From Neovahlkampfia damariscottae (lineage: Eukaryota), in assembly GCA_016618085.1 (NCBI GenBank), contig JABLTG010000124.1, positions 1 through 62,510 on the forward strand: DNA of 62,510 nucleotides, given 5' to 3'. The position numbers and the translations under genes are program-made. Below the pieces are notes generated by a model, which was not told the DNA's origin, made no database searches, and saw only the letters and a program-made list of their open reading frames with translations. Below, piece after piece: positions 47,654-60,209 of the stretch. How positions within the stretch are numbered: position 1 is the first letter of the stretch; the number at the start of each line of letters is the position of its first letter.

Positions 47654-47768
47654 AAGTCATTTTTTTTGAAATCAAAAAAATAAATAGTTTGAAGTTGGTT
47701 TGTACTTTTTCATTTAAGAAACAACCCTCAAGAGTAAAAAAGACAAAAAGAAGAAAAAAAAAAAAAAT

Positions 47769-49460
47769 TCATTTTTTTGAAGTACTTTCACCAAAAGTAG
47801 GCCAATCTTCTTTAACTGTATTTGAAGGTATAACAGTTTTTGGACCTTTTTTTCCACCTTTTTTTTTTTTATTTTTTGAACTTAAATTTTGTTGATGAAT
47901 TTTAGTTAATTCTTCACCTAATTTTTTATTCTTTTCAGGCATTGTTTCAATTAAATCTGGTAATATTTTCTTTGAATTTTCTTCACCAAATGTATTCAAT
48001 AAAATTTGATAATAAATTGAAGAATCTAATCTTCCTTTTTGAAATTGAATTGAAGTTGCTTTGAATTCTTCAAATAATTTTTCTTTTTGAGATAACATTT
48101 TTTTCATTTTTTGAATCAATTCCTCACTTTTTTTCTTTTTCAATTTTACTTCTTCTTTTTTTTTTTCTTCTAATTCTTTTAACTTTATTTCTTTTTCTTT
48201 TTCTTTTTGAATTTCAATTTGTTTTTCTTTTTCAAGTTTATATTCAATCTGTAATTGTTTTAAATTATCTGGAATTTCAAATGTTGGTGTCATATTCAAA
48301 TTATATTCAGATTGACCTTCTTTTGTTGAAAAATTTACAAATCTGATGATAGACGCATCAATAACTCCATTTTTGAATATTTTTCGACCTTGTTTAATAG
48401 ATGATGTTTTAAACTTTGTATTACTCGAAGATTTAGATCCAGAATTACCTCCTTGACTGAATAAATCAATATCAATTTTTTTATTTTTTGAATGATTTTT
48501 AAATTCATGTGCTTTTAAATCTAAATCATTACTATTGAATTATAAGTTTAAATATATGATAAATTACCTAAAAATAATTTTTTTAACTTTTAAAAAAATC
48601 AAACCTAAACACAATGAACCTTTGTTCTAAACAAAATGGATGTGTACATGCAAAATGATCAGTTTCATAATGTTTTTGTAATTCATCATAATTTTTGAAA
48701 TATTCAAATTGAAAACCTTGTTGTTTACAAATATGACAATCATAGTGATTTAAATGCATATGTGAAAATAATTCATCATCACTGTAAAATTTTTGGTGAC
48801 AAAATTTACAATTTGGATGTCCTTTAATTAAACCTGATTCTGGATCTATTTCACCTTGTCTTTGATGAATTTGTAATTGTTTATGAGTGTAGAGTTTTTG
48901 ATCTTTTTGAAAAACTTTTCTTTGTTTTAAGCATAAATCACAATAGAATAAGTTATGTTTTGTTGAACAATGTTTCTTTAATAAATCAATATTTTTGAAT
49001 TCAACTGTTTTTCCTTCAATTTCACATCTTTTTTGTTGTAATTTTTTAAATGAAATTTGTACTTACGGTCGACACTTGAAATTTCTCCATTCTGATATAG
49101 TTGATAATATTTTTTTATTTTCCAAGTATACTTTTAACTTTTCATCAAAAATAAATTTTCCGGGGTCGTAATTTGCGTGTTTTCGTGGTAGAGATGTTGT
49201 GACGTATAAATTATTTGTTTCTTGCTTTTTAAAAAATAAAAACATTGAAAAATTGATTTTACTTTACAAATACAACATTTTTTATCATCCATTAAACCTC
49301 TTTGAATTAAAACACATTTACCACATACTTCGTTGTGGTCACATTCAAAAATGGCGTATAACTCAATAGGTTCACAACAAATTAAACAATCAGGTGGTTC
49401 TGTAGTCAATTGTTTTTCTTGTTGTTGTTTTTTTGTTTCTCTTTTATAAGTCACTTTCAT
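47769..49460 (-). CDS. ZNF598: ZNF598/Hel2 RING E3 ligase of ribosome quality control, multi-exon
   Basis: CLICC..CDHNEVCGKC..CCICK RING followed by C2H2 fingers (YCDLC, GHPNCKFC, HYDCHIC, HFACTHPFC). Confidence 0.85.
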
Positions 49461-49539
49461 AGTTGTTTTAAAAAATTCGTTTAATTGGCAAATTTTTGAA
49501 CCAATAAAAAACATTCAAAAGTCAATTTCGAAAATGAAT

Positions 49540-52500
49540 TTATTCAATCAATGGTTTTAATTGAGGAATTAACTTAATCTTTGAATTTATTTTCTTCAAT
49601 ATTTCATTCTTTTGATAAAACATTGATGATATTTTTTGAATTTGTTTGAATTTGGAATAGAAATTTGAAACTGTATTTTTGAATTTCTCTTCTCCTGAAA
49701 TACTTTCAATACTTCTTTCATTCAACACATTAAATTTAAACAAAAAAGAAAACACTAAACAATTGTTCCATAATTTCATTTCAGTTTTTGAAAAGAATTC
49801 TTCAAAAGATTCATTAAAAATATAAAATAAATCAGGAAATAAATCTAATAGCTTCAACATCAATCTATCAATGAAATGATCATTTTCTTTCTTTTCAGGT
49901 GTGAATTCACTAAATGTTAAAAATGATTCATCTTCTCCAATTGATTTTTGAACAAAAATATAAATATCTGTTAAATTGTTTTGTATACATAATTTAAAAA
50001 ATGAATTTAAAAACACTTTTAAATTGATTGACATTTTGATTGTTTTTAAATAATTGAAAAATCTAAATAGAATTCTAATGAAATCAGAAGATGAATTACT
50101 CAATCCAAAGTTATATTCATCATTTGATTCTGTCAATATTTCATGAGTGATTGATTCAAAAAATACAAATGAAAAGAATTTTGGTTGTTTTTCAATGAAA
50201 TTTAATAATTTTGAATTATCAAATAATTCACTTGAAAGTTAATGTCTTTTTTTGTTCTTACTTAATTCCAAATTCTTCTAGGACTGTCGTGATACTATCA
50301 AAATAGTTCTTCAAAAGTTTAAATGAATCTCCCATCAAATGGAACATACTGGAGTGCTTGTTCCACTTTTTAACAATACTGACATATAAGAGTGGTTTTG
50401 ATTCAAGTTGTTCCATCAAATAAGTTGATTCGAATGATATGTTTCTTTTGTTGCTCAAAAAATGAATTCCTTGAAGTACTAACGATATGAAACTATCTGA
50501 GAATGGATAAAAGATTTTAAAATCATCCACAAATTTATGAATTCTTTCAAGAATATTTTTTGATTCTTCTGTCGATTTTACTTCAAGAAATAAAATTTGT
50601 GGATAAATTGAATTCAAAACAGAAAAAATTTGATGAAATCTACTTTTAGAGACCACAGTGTTTTTCAATGAGTTTTGAATTTCTTCTAGTATCCACATTG
50701 AACTTGTTTTTTCATTATTCATTTCAAAATATATCATAAAATTTGATAGTAATAAAAAATTAGCATTTTGATTATTAAATTCAAAATCAATGGAGTTTAT
50801 AACAAAATTTTGAAATGTAGATTTTGTCAGCTCTGATATTTTATAATTGAATTCCGATAAATAATTTGAAATTAATTTTTCTTTATAATAATCACTTGAA
50901 TGTGTAAAATTGAAAGACAATTCACATTTGATCCATTGAGCTAAATTGAATGAACTGGTTTCTTTTAACAATTTGTGTATTTTTTTAATCGATTTTTTAA
51001 AGTTATTTACATTCATATTTTCACTAAAATGGTTTAAATTTTGATGTATATAATTGATTTTTTGAAGACAAATTTGGGGAATAAAACAACTTTTTCGGTG
51101 TTGGATTTCATTCAAAATGAACTTTTGAGACCAATTATTTGTCACAATTTCATCAAAATGCAAACATTCATTGATGAAAAATGTTAAAAATTCAACAATA
51201 GATGAATGATTTTTATCATTACATGATAAGTTTTCGAATGATTTTTCCGCGAGTTTATTTAGTGAACTCAATCCATCTCCAGCACACATATAACATAAAT
51301 ATAAACTCAAAGCTTTTTTCTGGAATTCATTCAGACTATCTAATTGATTCATCAATTCTATTATAATTTCAAATAAAGATTCATGTAGTGATGAATATGA
51401 TTCAAATAATTCCTTCATTGAAAATTCAATCCAATCTCGAATTTTATGATTTTCTTGAAGATCTTTGTAAAGAGAATTTGATAACTCATTAAAAATTTGT
51501 TTTACTAATTTTTTAATTTCGTCTTTGGTGTTTAAATGATTTTTAAGGAATTTTTTAATTTTTTCAGAAATGTATAAAATCATATCTTTCAATTCCCAAT
51601 TACTTGATTGTGAAACATTTTGTGAAAAGAATTCCATTGAAGAAATGATTTCATTTTTTTCTGAGTGATAATCTGTTTCAGTTTCTTCTTTTTCTAAAGA
51701 AATTATATTTTCAAATTTCTCTGAAATAGATGATGGAATTAATCCTTCATTTAATAACTCTTGAATGAAATTGATTTTATAATGATTGTAAGTTGATCTC
51801 TCTTTTGGTTGATATTCTAATAAAGCAGGTAAAAAATTCATTTCAAAAGATCTTGATTCTAAAATGCTCTTACTTTTCTTCTTCAAACTATCTGGTATTT
51901 TTTTTAATTCTTTAAATTCTTCTAATGCAGTTTCAATTTGAGGATAATACACTGAGTATTTGATTTGTGATGCTGTGACATCACCTATCAGTGATGTTTT
52001 CCTCAAATGTTGTTTTGCTTCTAATACATATTGAGTGACCAAATTTTTCATTTTGCTTGAATATTCCAATAGATGTTTGATCACATTCAAATATTTCGGT
52101 GATTCTTGTGAAATCATACTTGACAGAGTTGAAATAATAAATTGAGAAGTCGAAGATGACTTATTAGTATTGACACCTTTCAAATAAAATGATGAAAGAA
52201 TATTCTCCTTTCAAAGTTTCAATTAATTTATTTTTACCTTCATCCATGTTTCGTACTTGTTCGAATCTTCTAATTTTCCTGAAGGAAATCTTGATAATAT
52301 TATCATAACAACAATATCATTTATTGATTCAACTTGAATTGAAATACTAGTTAAATCTGAAAGAATTGATAAAACAATCTCTGAGTCTATCTTTTGAAGA
52401 AATGAAATCAAAATTCCCCAATTGACTTCATCTGACATTAATTTTGATTTTATTACTCCAACTAAATCAGATTGTTGGAGTTGTAAAAATTCTGAAATGA

Positions 52501-53515
52501 TTGAATCACAAATGGAACTATTTGACGGATATTCTCCATTGACATATTTAAAAATCCCTTAAAAACTTAATAGCTAAAATCAAACCTTTGAAATTACTTG
52601 CATCAGTTGATATCAATTGTTTAAACTCCCTTAATAAAAAATCTGATTTCTTTGACAATGTTGATGTCTTCAAAACATTCAAATACAATTTTAAGTATCT
52701 TCAGATTGTAAAATTAAATGTTTTTTTTTTACTTGTTTTTTTCTTCATCATTAACTTTCCACCTGATTGTTTTTAGAAATTTCTGAAACACTCTTGAAGA
52801 TTTATCAGATTCAATTAACTCTTTCAAAACTTGAACATCAAATCCATTAGTTTCATTCACAGAATGAGAAAGAATATCAATGAAATTATTTAAATAACCC
52901 ATTCTATCCAATTCCTATGGTAATATATTACTATGGAAAAAATGAGTTCAAAAAAAAAAATGATACGTATTAGAGTTTGAATATCATACAAAAAAAATTT
53001 CAGAAGTTGAAATGATATTTTCATGATCTAGTCTACTTATAATTTTTAAATCTATTTTTCCTTCTGTTTCTTGTGTCAGTTTTTCTAAAAACATTTTTTT
53101 TGATAAAATTTGAAAATTGATAAATTCCTTAATTAATAAGAATAAAGTCTTGAAAAATTAGTGTTTTAAAATGTGATACTTCTTCATTGTTCAGTTTTGT
53201 TTTAAAAATAAAAGCCAAAATATTGCAAGTTGTCGTTGAAACATCAAGATGTAATTTTGTTGAATTTGAGTTTAAAAATTGGACAATTTCAAATGTGTTG
53301 GAAGTCTCCATTAGATTATTGAAATTGTCCACCAGTTGTTTCAATTCTTTTTGAAGGTTGGAATTTAATTTTTTCTTTTCTGAAACTCTTAAAACATCAA
53401 AATTGGTTATCTGAGAATTTGTTTCCAAAATGAACTGATTAAAAGTGTCAAACTCTGAATTCTCCAGTTTTTTCTTTTTAAAAGTTTGGATTGAAGTAAA
53501 TTTCCTTTTGGTCAT
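49540..53515 (-). CDS. FANCA: Probable Fanconi anaemia group A (FANCA) homolog, multi-exon helical-repeat protein
   Basis: Ordered blocks resembling human FANCA as I recall it: VNWGILISF, YETWMK, FIISTLSSMISQESPKYL, VTQYVLEAKQHL, ALEEFKELKKIPDSL, NFLPALL, FIQELLNEGLIP, QWIKCEL. Confidence 0.7.
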
Positions 53516-53576
53516 CTTTTTGGAGGAAAAAAAAATGATTGGAGGAGAGAAAAAGTAAATTTATGGAAAAAAGGAA

Positions 53577-53650
53577 TACTCGAAGCGAGGATCGAACTCG
53601 CGACCTCGACCGTGTTAAGGTCGCATTCTAACCAACTGAACTATCCGAGC
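53577..53650 (-). tRNA. tRNA-Val (anticodon AAC)
   Basis: GCTCGGATAGTTCAGTTGGTTAGAATGCGACCTTAACACGGTCGAGGTCGCGAGTTCGATCCTCGCTTCGAGTA cloverleaf; anticodon stem CGACC/GGTCG with loop TTAACAC. Confidence 0.94.
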
Positions 53651-53814
53651 ACTTGATGAATTTAAGTATTTATTATTGAATCTTGTTTTCTAAAATGAGA
53701 TGTAATAGTTGTTTGTGTGATTTGTTTTTCATCGAAAATAATTTGGATCCAGTTGGAAAATCAGATGGGGTTTAAAAATATCAAAATGAATTAAAGTAAA
53801 GTAAATGAATGTAT

Positions 53815-54690
53815 TTATTTGTTTAAAAGTTCAAAAATGACCTTTTGTATGTCTCCATTGTATTTTTGTAAAAGAAATCTGTTCACAGAATCTTGACTGA
53901 ATCCCATTTGATTGAGTAATTGAACGGATGTATCGAAATTATCTTCTGTAGATTGTGTTTCTTCAACTTTTGGATATTCAACTTTGTCTTCTAATTCTTT
54001 GTCCATGCAAATTTCTTCAACAACTTTCTCTTTTGCTTGTTCAACTTTTTGTTCGACTTTTTCAGGATTTGATGGTTTTGTTGTTTCTTGTTCTTTTTGA
54101 TGCTTTTCTTGTTCTTTTGCAATTTCTTGTTGTACATTTTGAGCAATTTCTTCTAAAACTTTTGTGAATTCTTCTCCAATGTAAGGTTGAACAAAATTCT
54201 TTGCCTTTGTGATATTTTCGTCACTTAAAAATGAAGCTAAATCACATTCTTTTTCACATGATTCTTTTTCCATTTTTCCAAATAAATTTGCAAAGAAGTT
54301 TTCACACTTTTCTTGTTTTGGTTGTTCACAAGGTTGGAAATTGAAAGGTGAAAAAAATCTACATTGTGGTCTTCTATTTCCAAATCTACAATTCTTTTCT
54401 TTGTTTACTTTTTGTGAATTTTGATTTCTGTGAACTTTAATTTTCAAAACGTTTTTGAAATTTGAAAGTGCTTCTTTCCATTCTTCATTTGATGAAAAAC
54501 TGACCCAGTCATCTTCAATATCTTGGTACTTAAATGAAAGTGAAGAAAGTTCTTCCTTTGTGATTTTAGAATTTTGGTTCAAAGCAAATTCATAAATTTT
54601 TGATTTGATTTCTTCAAAAGTTGTTCCTGTTGAAATAGTTAATCTTCTAATTTCATTTCCAATGTAAAATTTGATTTGAATTGGGTTCAT
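53815..54690 (-). CDS. PB1-UBA protein (p62/NBR1-like autophagy receptor, no ZZ finger)
   Basis: IKFYIGNEIRR..FKYQDIEDDWVSFSSNEEW PB1 domain, LNQMGFS..LLQKYNGDI UBA domain, and a candidate LIR EYPKV at 53965-53976. Confidence 0.85.
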   Translation of the reverse strand: MNPIQIKFYIGNEIRRLTISTGTTFEEIKSKIYEFALNQNSKITKEELSSLSFKYQDIEDDWVSFSSNEEWKEALSNFKNVLKIKVHRNQNSQKVNKEKNCRFGNRRPQCRFFSPFNFQPCEQPKQEKCENFFANLFGKMEKESCEKECDLASFLSDENITKAKNFVQPYIGEEFTKVLEEIAQNVQQEIAKEQEKHQKEQETTKPSNPEKVEQKVEQAKEKVVEEICMDKELEDKVEYPKVEETQSTEDNFDTSVQLLNQMGFSQDSVNRFLLQKYNGDIQKVIFELLNK

Positions 54691-54893
54691 TGTGTTTTTG
54701 GTTTTAATTTGTTTGAAAGATCAACTTCATCTTCTTTTATTGATTTTGGAACTGTATTTTTAGAATTTTTTCCACCAATTAAATCATTTTCCGAAAAGAA
54801 AAAAGTAAAATTAGAATTCAAATTTTAGAAGAAATTTCCGAATATTTTCTTTTCCGTGAGAGACCAATCATTTTCTAATCCAATTTTTTTGTG

Positions 54894-55736
54894 ATGTTGC
54901 AAAAACTCAAACATCTCCAACATCAAGTAAAAAGATATTCCACTGAATTCAAAGGAAAAGTAGCAATCGTCACTGGATCAGGAAGAGGAATGGGTGCACT
55001 GACAGCAGAAATGCTTGCAAAAAGAGGTTCAAAAAAAAAACAAAAAATTTAACACAAACTAAAAGGTTGTAACATCATGATTAATGACATCAATGAAGAA
55101 AACTGCATCAAAACATCAAATTTTTTAAATTCAAAATTTGGTGAAAATACTTCAAGTTACTCGGTAAACTCTGTGAGTAGTGAAAATGGTGTCAACCAAA
55201 TGATCAACAAAACAATTGAAAATTTTGGAGGTATAGATTTTTTGATAAACAATGCTGGTATTTTAACACCAAACCGAATTCCAAATATCACTCTTGATGA
55301 ATGGAATAAAGTTATTGAAGTTTCAATGACTGGGACTTTCTTATGTTCTCAGAAAGTTATTGAACACATGAAAAAAAGAAAAGGTGGAAAAATTGTTAAT
55401 TTTTCAAGCACTGCTGGTAAAAATGTCAGTACAATTGGAGGATGTCATTATACAGCAGCTAAAGCTGGTATCTTAGGTATTACTCGTTCATTTGCAAAAG
55501 AATTCGCAGGAGATAATATTTTAGTGAATGCTATCTGTCCTGGTTTGATTCAAACAGACATGGTAACAAAAACTATTTCATCTGAAGCAATGGAAAGTTA
55601 CGCGAAATCATTTCCGATTCCAAGATTGGGTACGAGTGAAGAAGTAGTGAATTTAGTTTTATTTTTATTAAGTGAACAATCAAGCTATATCACAGGAGCT
55701 TCGTTGGATATTAATGGAGGAGCATTGATGGTTTAA
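54894..55736 (+). CDS. Classical SDR oxidoreductase (FabG-like) with a possible mitochondrial presequence (intron 55027-55065)
   Basis: GKVAIVTGSGRGMG, NNAG, YTAAK and NAICPG motifs. Confidence 0.92.
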
Positions 55737-55799
55737 GAATTTGTTCAAATTTGGAAATAAAATTTTCGCTTGAATATTTATAATTACAATTTCTTCATG

Positions 55800-56861
55800 T
55801 CAAAATACAGCTTGAATAATTGAAATACTACCGATCAAAAACATGGTGAATCCAATCATCAAATAAACAAAAATATCTGAAAAGTAAAGAACCCAATTAG
55901 CACCACATATTGCCCCAAATGAACTGAATATCAATCCAACAATTAATCGTGATATGATTGTGTATTTCAAAAGTTCAGCTCTTCCAATGAATGATATTGC
56001 TAAACCAGACAAACCAAACATTGAAATAAAACAAGCAGTCCCTGTGGATACACTATGTTTCTGTCTAAATAGAAAATGAATTCCTAAGTTTATTGCAAAT
56101 CCCCCTCCTTTGTATAAAAGTCCATCAGTGAAAGAATTGATGAAAATTGCAAGTGTAAAGATCAAAAGCCTTATTGCTTTAAATGGTAAATTCTCCAGAA
56201 AAATAATATCTTCTCCAGATTTACCACGTATTTTATAGATCAAATTTTCGTAAAATCCATTTGTTTTTGGTTTTTCAACTTCTGGGTATTCATGATTTTC
56301 TTTCATTTCTTCTCCAATGAAATGTTTGATTTTTTTGAAAATTGACAAAAAAATATTATCAATATCTTCAGAATTTTCATCATTATTGACTCTTTCTTCA
56401 TCAGAGTATTCACTTTCATCAACAATTTTTTCATTTTTTTTTTTTGAAATTTTTGATTTGATAAATTTGATTGTACCCCTTATCAAAAAAAAAATTCCTA
56501 AAAAAAAAGGTAGAAATGGTATATTTCCTTCCAGTAAACTTGAATATTTCAATAAAAATCCTCTCATTAAAATTGGAATTATGATTTCCATTGGCATTTG
56601 TAATAATCCAAAACAAACACCACTAAAAAAAATTATTTTTTTGTGGTAGCCATAAATACAAGATAGTACCATTGTATTTGCTAAATCTATCATGACTGAA
56701 ATGAATAGTGAACTCATTAAGTTAAATTTTAAAATTCCTAAAAGTAGAGGCACAATGACAGGTGTAGCTGTGAAGGATATAGTACCTTGAGCAAATCCAC
56801 AAACAAAAGATGTGAATATGAAGAAGCACCATTCAAAAATCATTGTCTCAATTGTTTGCAT
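55800..56861 (-). CDS. TauE/SafE-family (sulfite exporter-like) membrane protein
   Basis: Two homologous TM halves (GFAQGT..PVIVPLL; DGLLYKGGGF..STGT..GAICGA) separated by a hydrophilic loop; start codon uncertain. Confidence 0.65.
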   Translation of the reverse strand: MQTIETMIFEWCFFIFTSFVCGFAQGTISFTATPVIVPLLLGILKFNLMSSLFISVMIDLANTMVLSCIYGYHKKIIFFSGVCFGLLQMPMEIIIPILMRGFLLKYSSLLEGNIPFLPFFLGIFFLIRGTIKFIKSKISKKKNEKIVDESEYSDEERVNNDENSEDIDNIFLSIFKKIKHFIGEEMKENHEYPEVEKPKTNGFYENLIYKIRGKSGEDIIFLENLPFKAIRLLIFTLAIFINSFTDGLLYKGGGFAINLGIHFLFRQKHSVSTGTACFISMFGLSGLAISFIGRAELLKYTIISRLIVGLIFSSFGAICGANWVLYFSDIFVYLMIGFTMFLIGSISIIQAVF

Positions 56862-57104
56862 GTCCGAAAAAATACTTTGATGAATAATTATTGGACAATA
56901 AAAACTCCTATGAATAAAAAAAAGAAAGAAAATTAATTTCTTCATAAGAATTGGTTAAACTAAAATTGTGATAATTTCATTGATATTTGAAAAATTACCC
57001 AGATTTTTTCGACACATTCTTCAATAAATTTTGGAACCTGTTTTTTTGTAATTTAAATTTTCTAAGTTGTTTTTTTGTTTCATTTGAAAAAAAAATTCAA
57101 ATTT

Positions 57105-57354
57105 TGAAATGTATTGTGCAAACCTTGATGGAGTTTCTCATCAAAATGATAATAAAACCTGGTTTCCTTTTTATTCTTGAATACTAAATATTCTCCAATT
57201 ACTTCCCATTTCCAATCTTCATCGTAAAAATCAAATTTCTGTGAAATGATTTTATTCTTCTCAACATTCCAAAGATAAAAAATTTTCTTTGTAAGACTGC
57301 CAATGAATTGATGGTTATTGTGATAAAAGTGGCCAATTAGATTTAATTTTGCCA
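57105..57354 (-). pseudogene. Startless coding remnant (LAKLNLIGHFYHNNHQFIGSLTKKIFYLWNVEKNKII...), possibly beta-propeller-like
   Basis: Open minus-strand frame with protein-like composition and no upstream ATG; overlaps the 75-bp duplicated segment. Confidence 0.35.
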
Positions 57355-57373
57355 GTTATTTTTAGAATTTTTA
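57299..57373 (+). repeat. 75-bp exact duplication, copy 1 (contains two CCAAT boxes)
   Basis: Identical to 62206-62280. Confidence 0.95.
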
Positions 57374-57407
57374 TAATTTATTTGCATCATAGATATATCA
57401 GCACAAA

Positions 57408-58082
57408 ATGTTAAATGACATTGATTCATTGAAAAAACACTATGAACAAGAATTCATTGAAGTGGTCTCTAAATCAAACAAATTCAATAAAATCATCTTC
57501 TCAGTGATGGCTAATGAAGCAGATGATCATCCAAATTCAAACCAAGAAGAAATCAGTAAATTGGTTTATCAAGATTTATTCATTGAATGGTCAGAAAATA
57601 AATCTGAATTTGTTAAACAAGTTGATGATTCACTAAACTTTAAAGATGTCAAAAAAAAATTTGAACCCAATGATATTCAAATCAACTAGATCAGGAGAAA
57701 TTTCAAATGTTGATTATTCTGAATTCTTTCCAGAAATTGAAGAATTCTTTGAAATCACTGAAAAATATTTCACTAATGATGGACAACCTGATGCATTTGT
57801 GAGTTATTATGATTGGAAAAAGGAAATTAAAACATTGAAAGAAGAAATTGAATTTCTCAAATCAGATGAAAAGAATATTTCAGAATATGTTCCAAGTAAT
57901 GGTTTTATGATTGAACCATAGATCAAATTACTGTTTCAATAAAAACTTTTTTTAAGAAAAAAATTTTGTTGTTGCCGAACAACAGGAAATTATTTGATGA
58001 ATCAATGAAAAATTACCAGTATAATGATGGACAAACATTAATTTTATTTCTTAAAAATGTTTTCAAACAAGTTAATTTGTGA
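57408..58082 (+). pseudogene. Frameshifted gene of unknown family with a coiled coil and a degenerate ubiquitin-like C-terminus
   Basis: ORFs 57408-57689 and 57646-57921 overlap in different frames; downstream QITVSIKT..RKLFDESMKNYQYNDGQTLILFLK resembles the ends of a ubiquitin fold; paralogous to 160-558. Confidence 0.55.
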
Positions 58083-58462
58083 CGTTTGAACAAAAGATTT
58101 TCATCCAATCTAAATAAGTATTTTTGAATACAGGATTACCATTAATTTACACACAATTATTATTGTTCGAAACAAGGAGCAAATATATCAAATAAAAACT
58201 AAAACAGGTTCAACAGCATTGACCAGACAAAGGTTTCAAAAAAGTTGTTTAAACAGCTTCAAACTTTATGAAAATTGGTTTTGATTTTTCTGTTTACCAT
58301 CTTGATTTTGTTTTTGAGTTGTTGGTTTTTCCTCATTCCATTTTATTTATTTTTCTTCAAGAGAAAAAAAAACCGAGATGATTGGATGAAAAAAAATCTT
58401 ATTTAAATGACCAATCATCTCTTTACTTCTTTCAAACAAAACCAAACAAGTTAACTACAACA

Positions 58463-59959
58463 ATGCCACCAAAAAAAGCAACTAAAAAACAAGTCGTACA
58501 AGAAGAACCTGATGACCTTGTTGATTTTGAACCTGATACCGAAGATGTACAAGATGATTTAAAAAATTCAAAATCAGGACAACAGTAAACCACTTTTGAG
58601 AAAAAAATTAAAGAATTGCAGAGGATATGTAGCTATTCATAGTTCTGGATTTAGGGATTTCTTATTAAAACCTGAATTACTTAAAGCAGTTGTTGATTCA
58701 GGATTTGAACATCCTTCCGAAGTTCAACATCAATCAATTCCACAAGCTATTCTTGGAACCGATGTTTTATGTCAAGCGAAAGCAGGTATGGGTAAAACAG
58801 CTGTATTTGTTTTGTCTTTACTTCAACAAATCGAACCAGTTCAAAATCAATGTCAAGCACTTGTTCTCTGTCATACAAGAGAATTGGCTTTTCAAATTTC
58901 AAAAGAATTTGTTCGTTTTGCTAAATATCTTCCAAAAGTTGTAGTTTCAGTTTTCTTTGGTGGAATTTCAATCAAAATCAATGAACAAGCTTTAAAATCA
59001 GAAGTACCAAATATAGTTGTTGGAACACCAGGAAGAATTTCACAATTAATTAAAGATAAGACCTTAGACGTTTCAAAAATTAGACATTTCGTTCTTGATG
59101 AATGTGATAAATTATTAGACTCTTTAAGTAAACCAACAAGACAAAGAAAATTAACAAAAATTAGAAATGAGAAAAACTATTCAAGATATTTTCAAAGCAA
59201 CTCCACGTGATAAACAAGTGATGATGTTTTCAGCAACACTTTCAAAAGATACTCGTGAACTTGCAAAAAAATTCATGAGTGAAAATGTAAGCCTCAATTG
59301 AAGAAATTAATTGTTTTAGCCACAAGTTATTTGTGTTGATGATGAAACAAAATTGGTATTACATGGACTTTTACAATATTACATTAAATTAGCAGAAAAA
59401 GAAAAGAACAAAAAATTAGCAGAACTTTTAGATAACTTAGAATTTAATCAAGTTGTAATATTTGTAAGAACAACATCTAGAGCTAGAGATTTAACAAAAT
59501 TACTTAATGACTCTTCATTTCCAGCAATTTGTATTCATTCAGATATGGACCAACAAGAAAGAATTGAAAGATATCAATCATTCAAAAACTTTCAAGCACG
59601 TCTTTTAGTTGCTACAGACGTTTTTGGAAGAGGTATTGATATTGAAAGAGTTAATATTGTTATCAATTATGATATGCCAGATGAAGCTGATTCTTATCTT
59701 CATAGAGTAGGAAGAGCTGGTCGTTTTGGTACAAAAGGTTTAACAATTTCTTTTGTTTCAACTGATGATACAAAAGAAGCTCTTGCATTAAAACAGTCAA
59801 AAAAAGGATACACAAAGCCACATACAGAAGAAGAAGTTTTACAACAAGTTCAAGATCGTTTTGCTGTTAAAATTGAACCTTTACCAGAAAAAATTGATGT
59901 TACTCAATACAGTAAGTTGTTCACAATTAATATTAATTTTTTTTTCAGTGACATCTTAA
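58463..59959 (+). CDS. UAP56: UAP56/Sub2 DECD-box RNA helicase, 5 exons
   Basis: [36 protein letters not shown] and [10 protein letters not shown] motifs; introns 58585-58621, 59128-59164, 59287-59319 and 59912-59948. Confidence 0.97.
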
Positions 59960-60082
59960 TAAACCTTAGAAAGAATGTTTTTTTTTAAAGAAAAAGTTTT
60001 TGTTTTTTTAAAAGAAGTTTTTATTTTAAAGATCCAATTGAAGGTTCAATTTGGTTCGGAATTGTTTTTTTTTGCACTTTAC

Positions 60083-60128
60083 TTTACAACGCTGTTTATT
60101 ATAAAGTGAATTATTTACAACGCTGTTT
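60083..60128 (+). promoter_or_regulatory. 15-bp direct repeat TTTACAACGCTGTTT x2 upstream of the GPCR-like gene
   Basis: Copies at 60083-60097 and 60114-60128; function inferred only from position. Confidence 0.35.
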
Positions 60129-60209
60129 TTTTATGTTGTTCATTTATTAAGAATTCATTTCAATAAATTGTTTTTTTTAACAAAGTTTGTCCATTGGCTA
60201 ATTTGTTGA

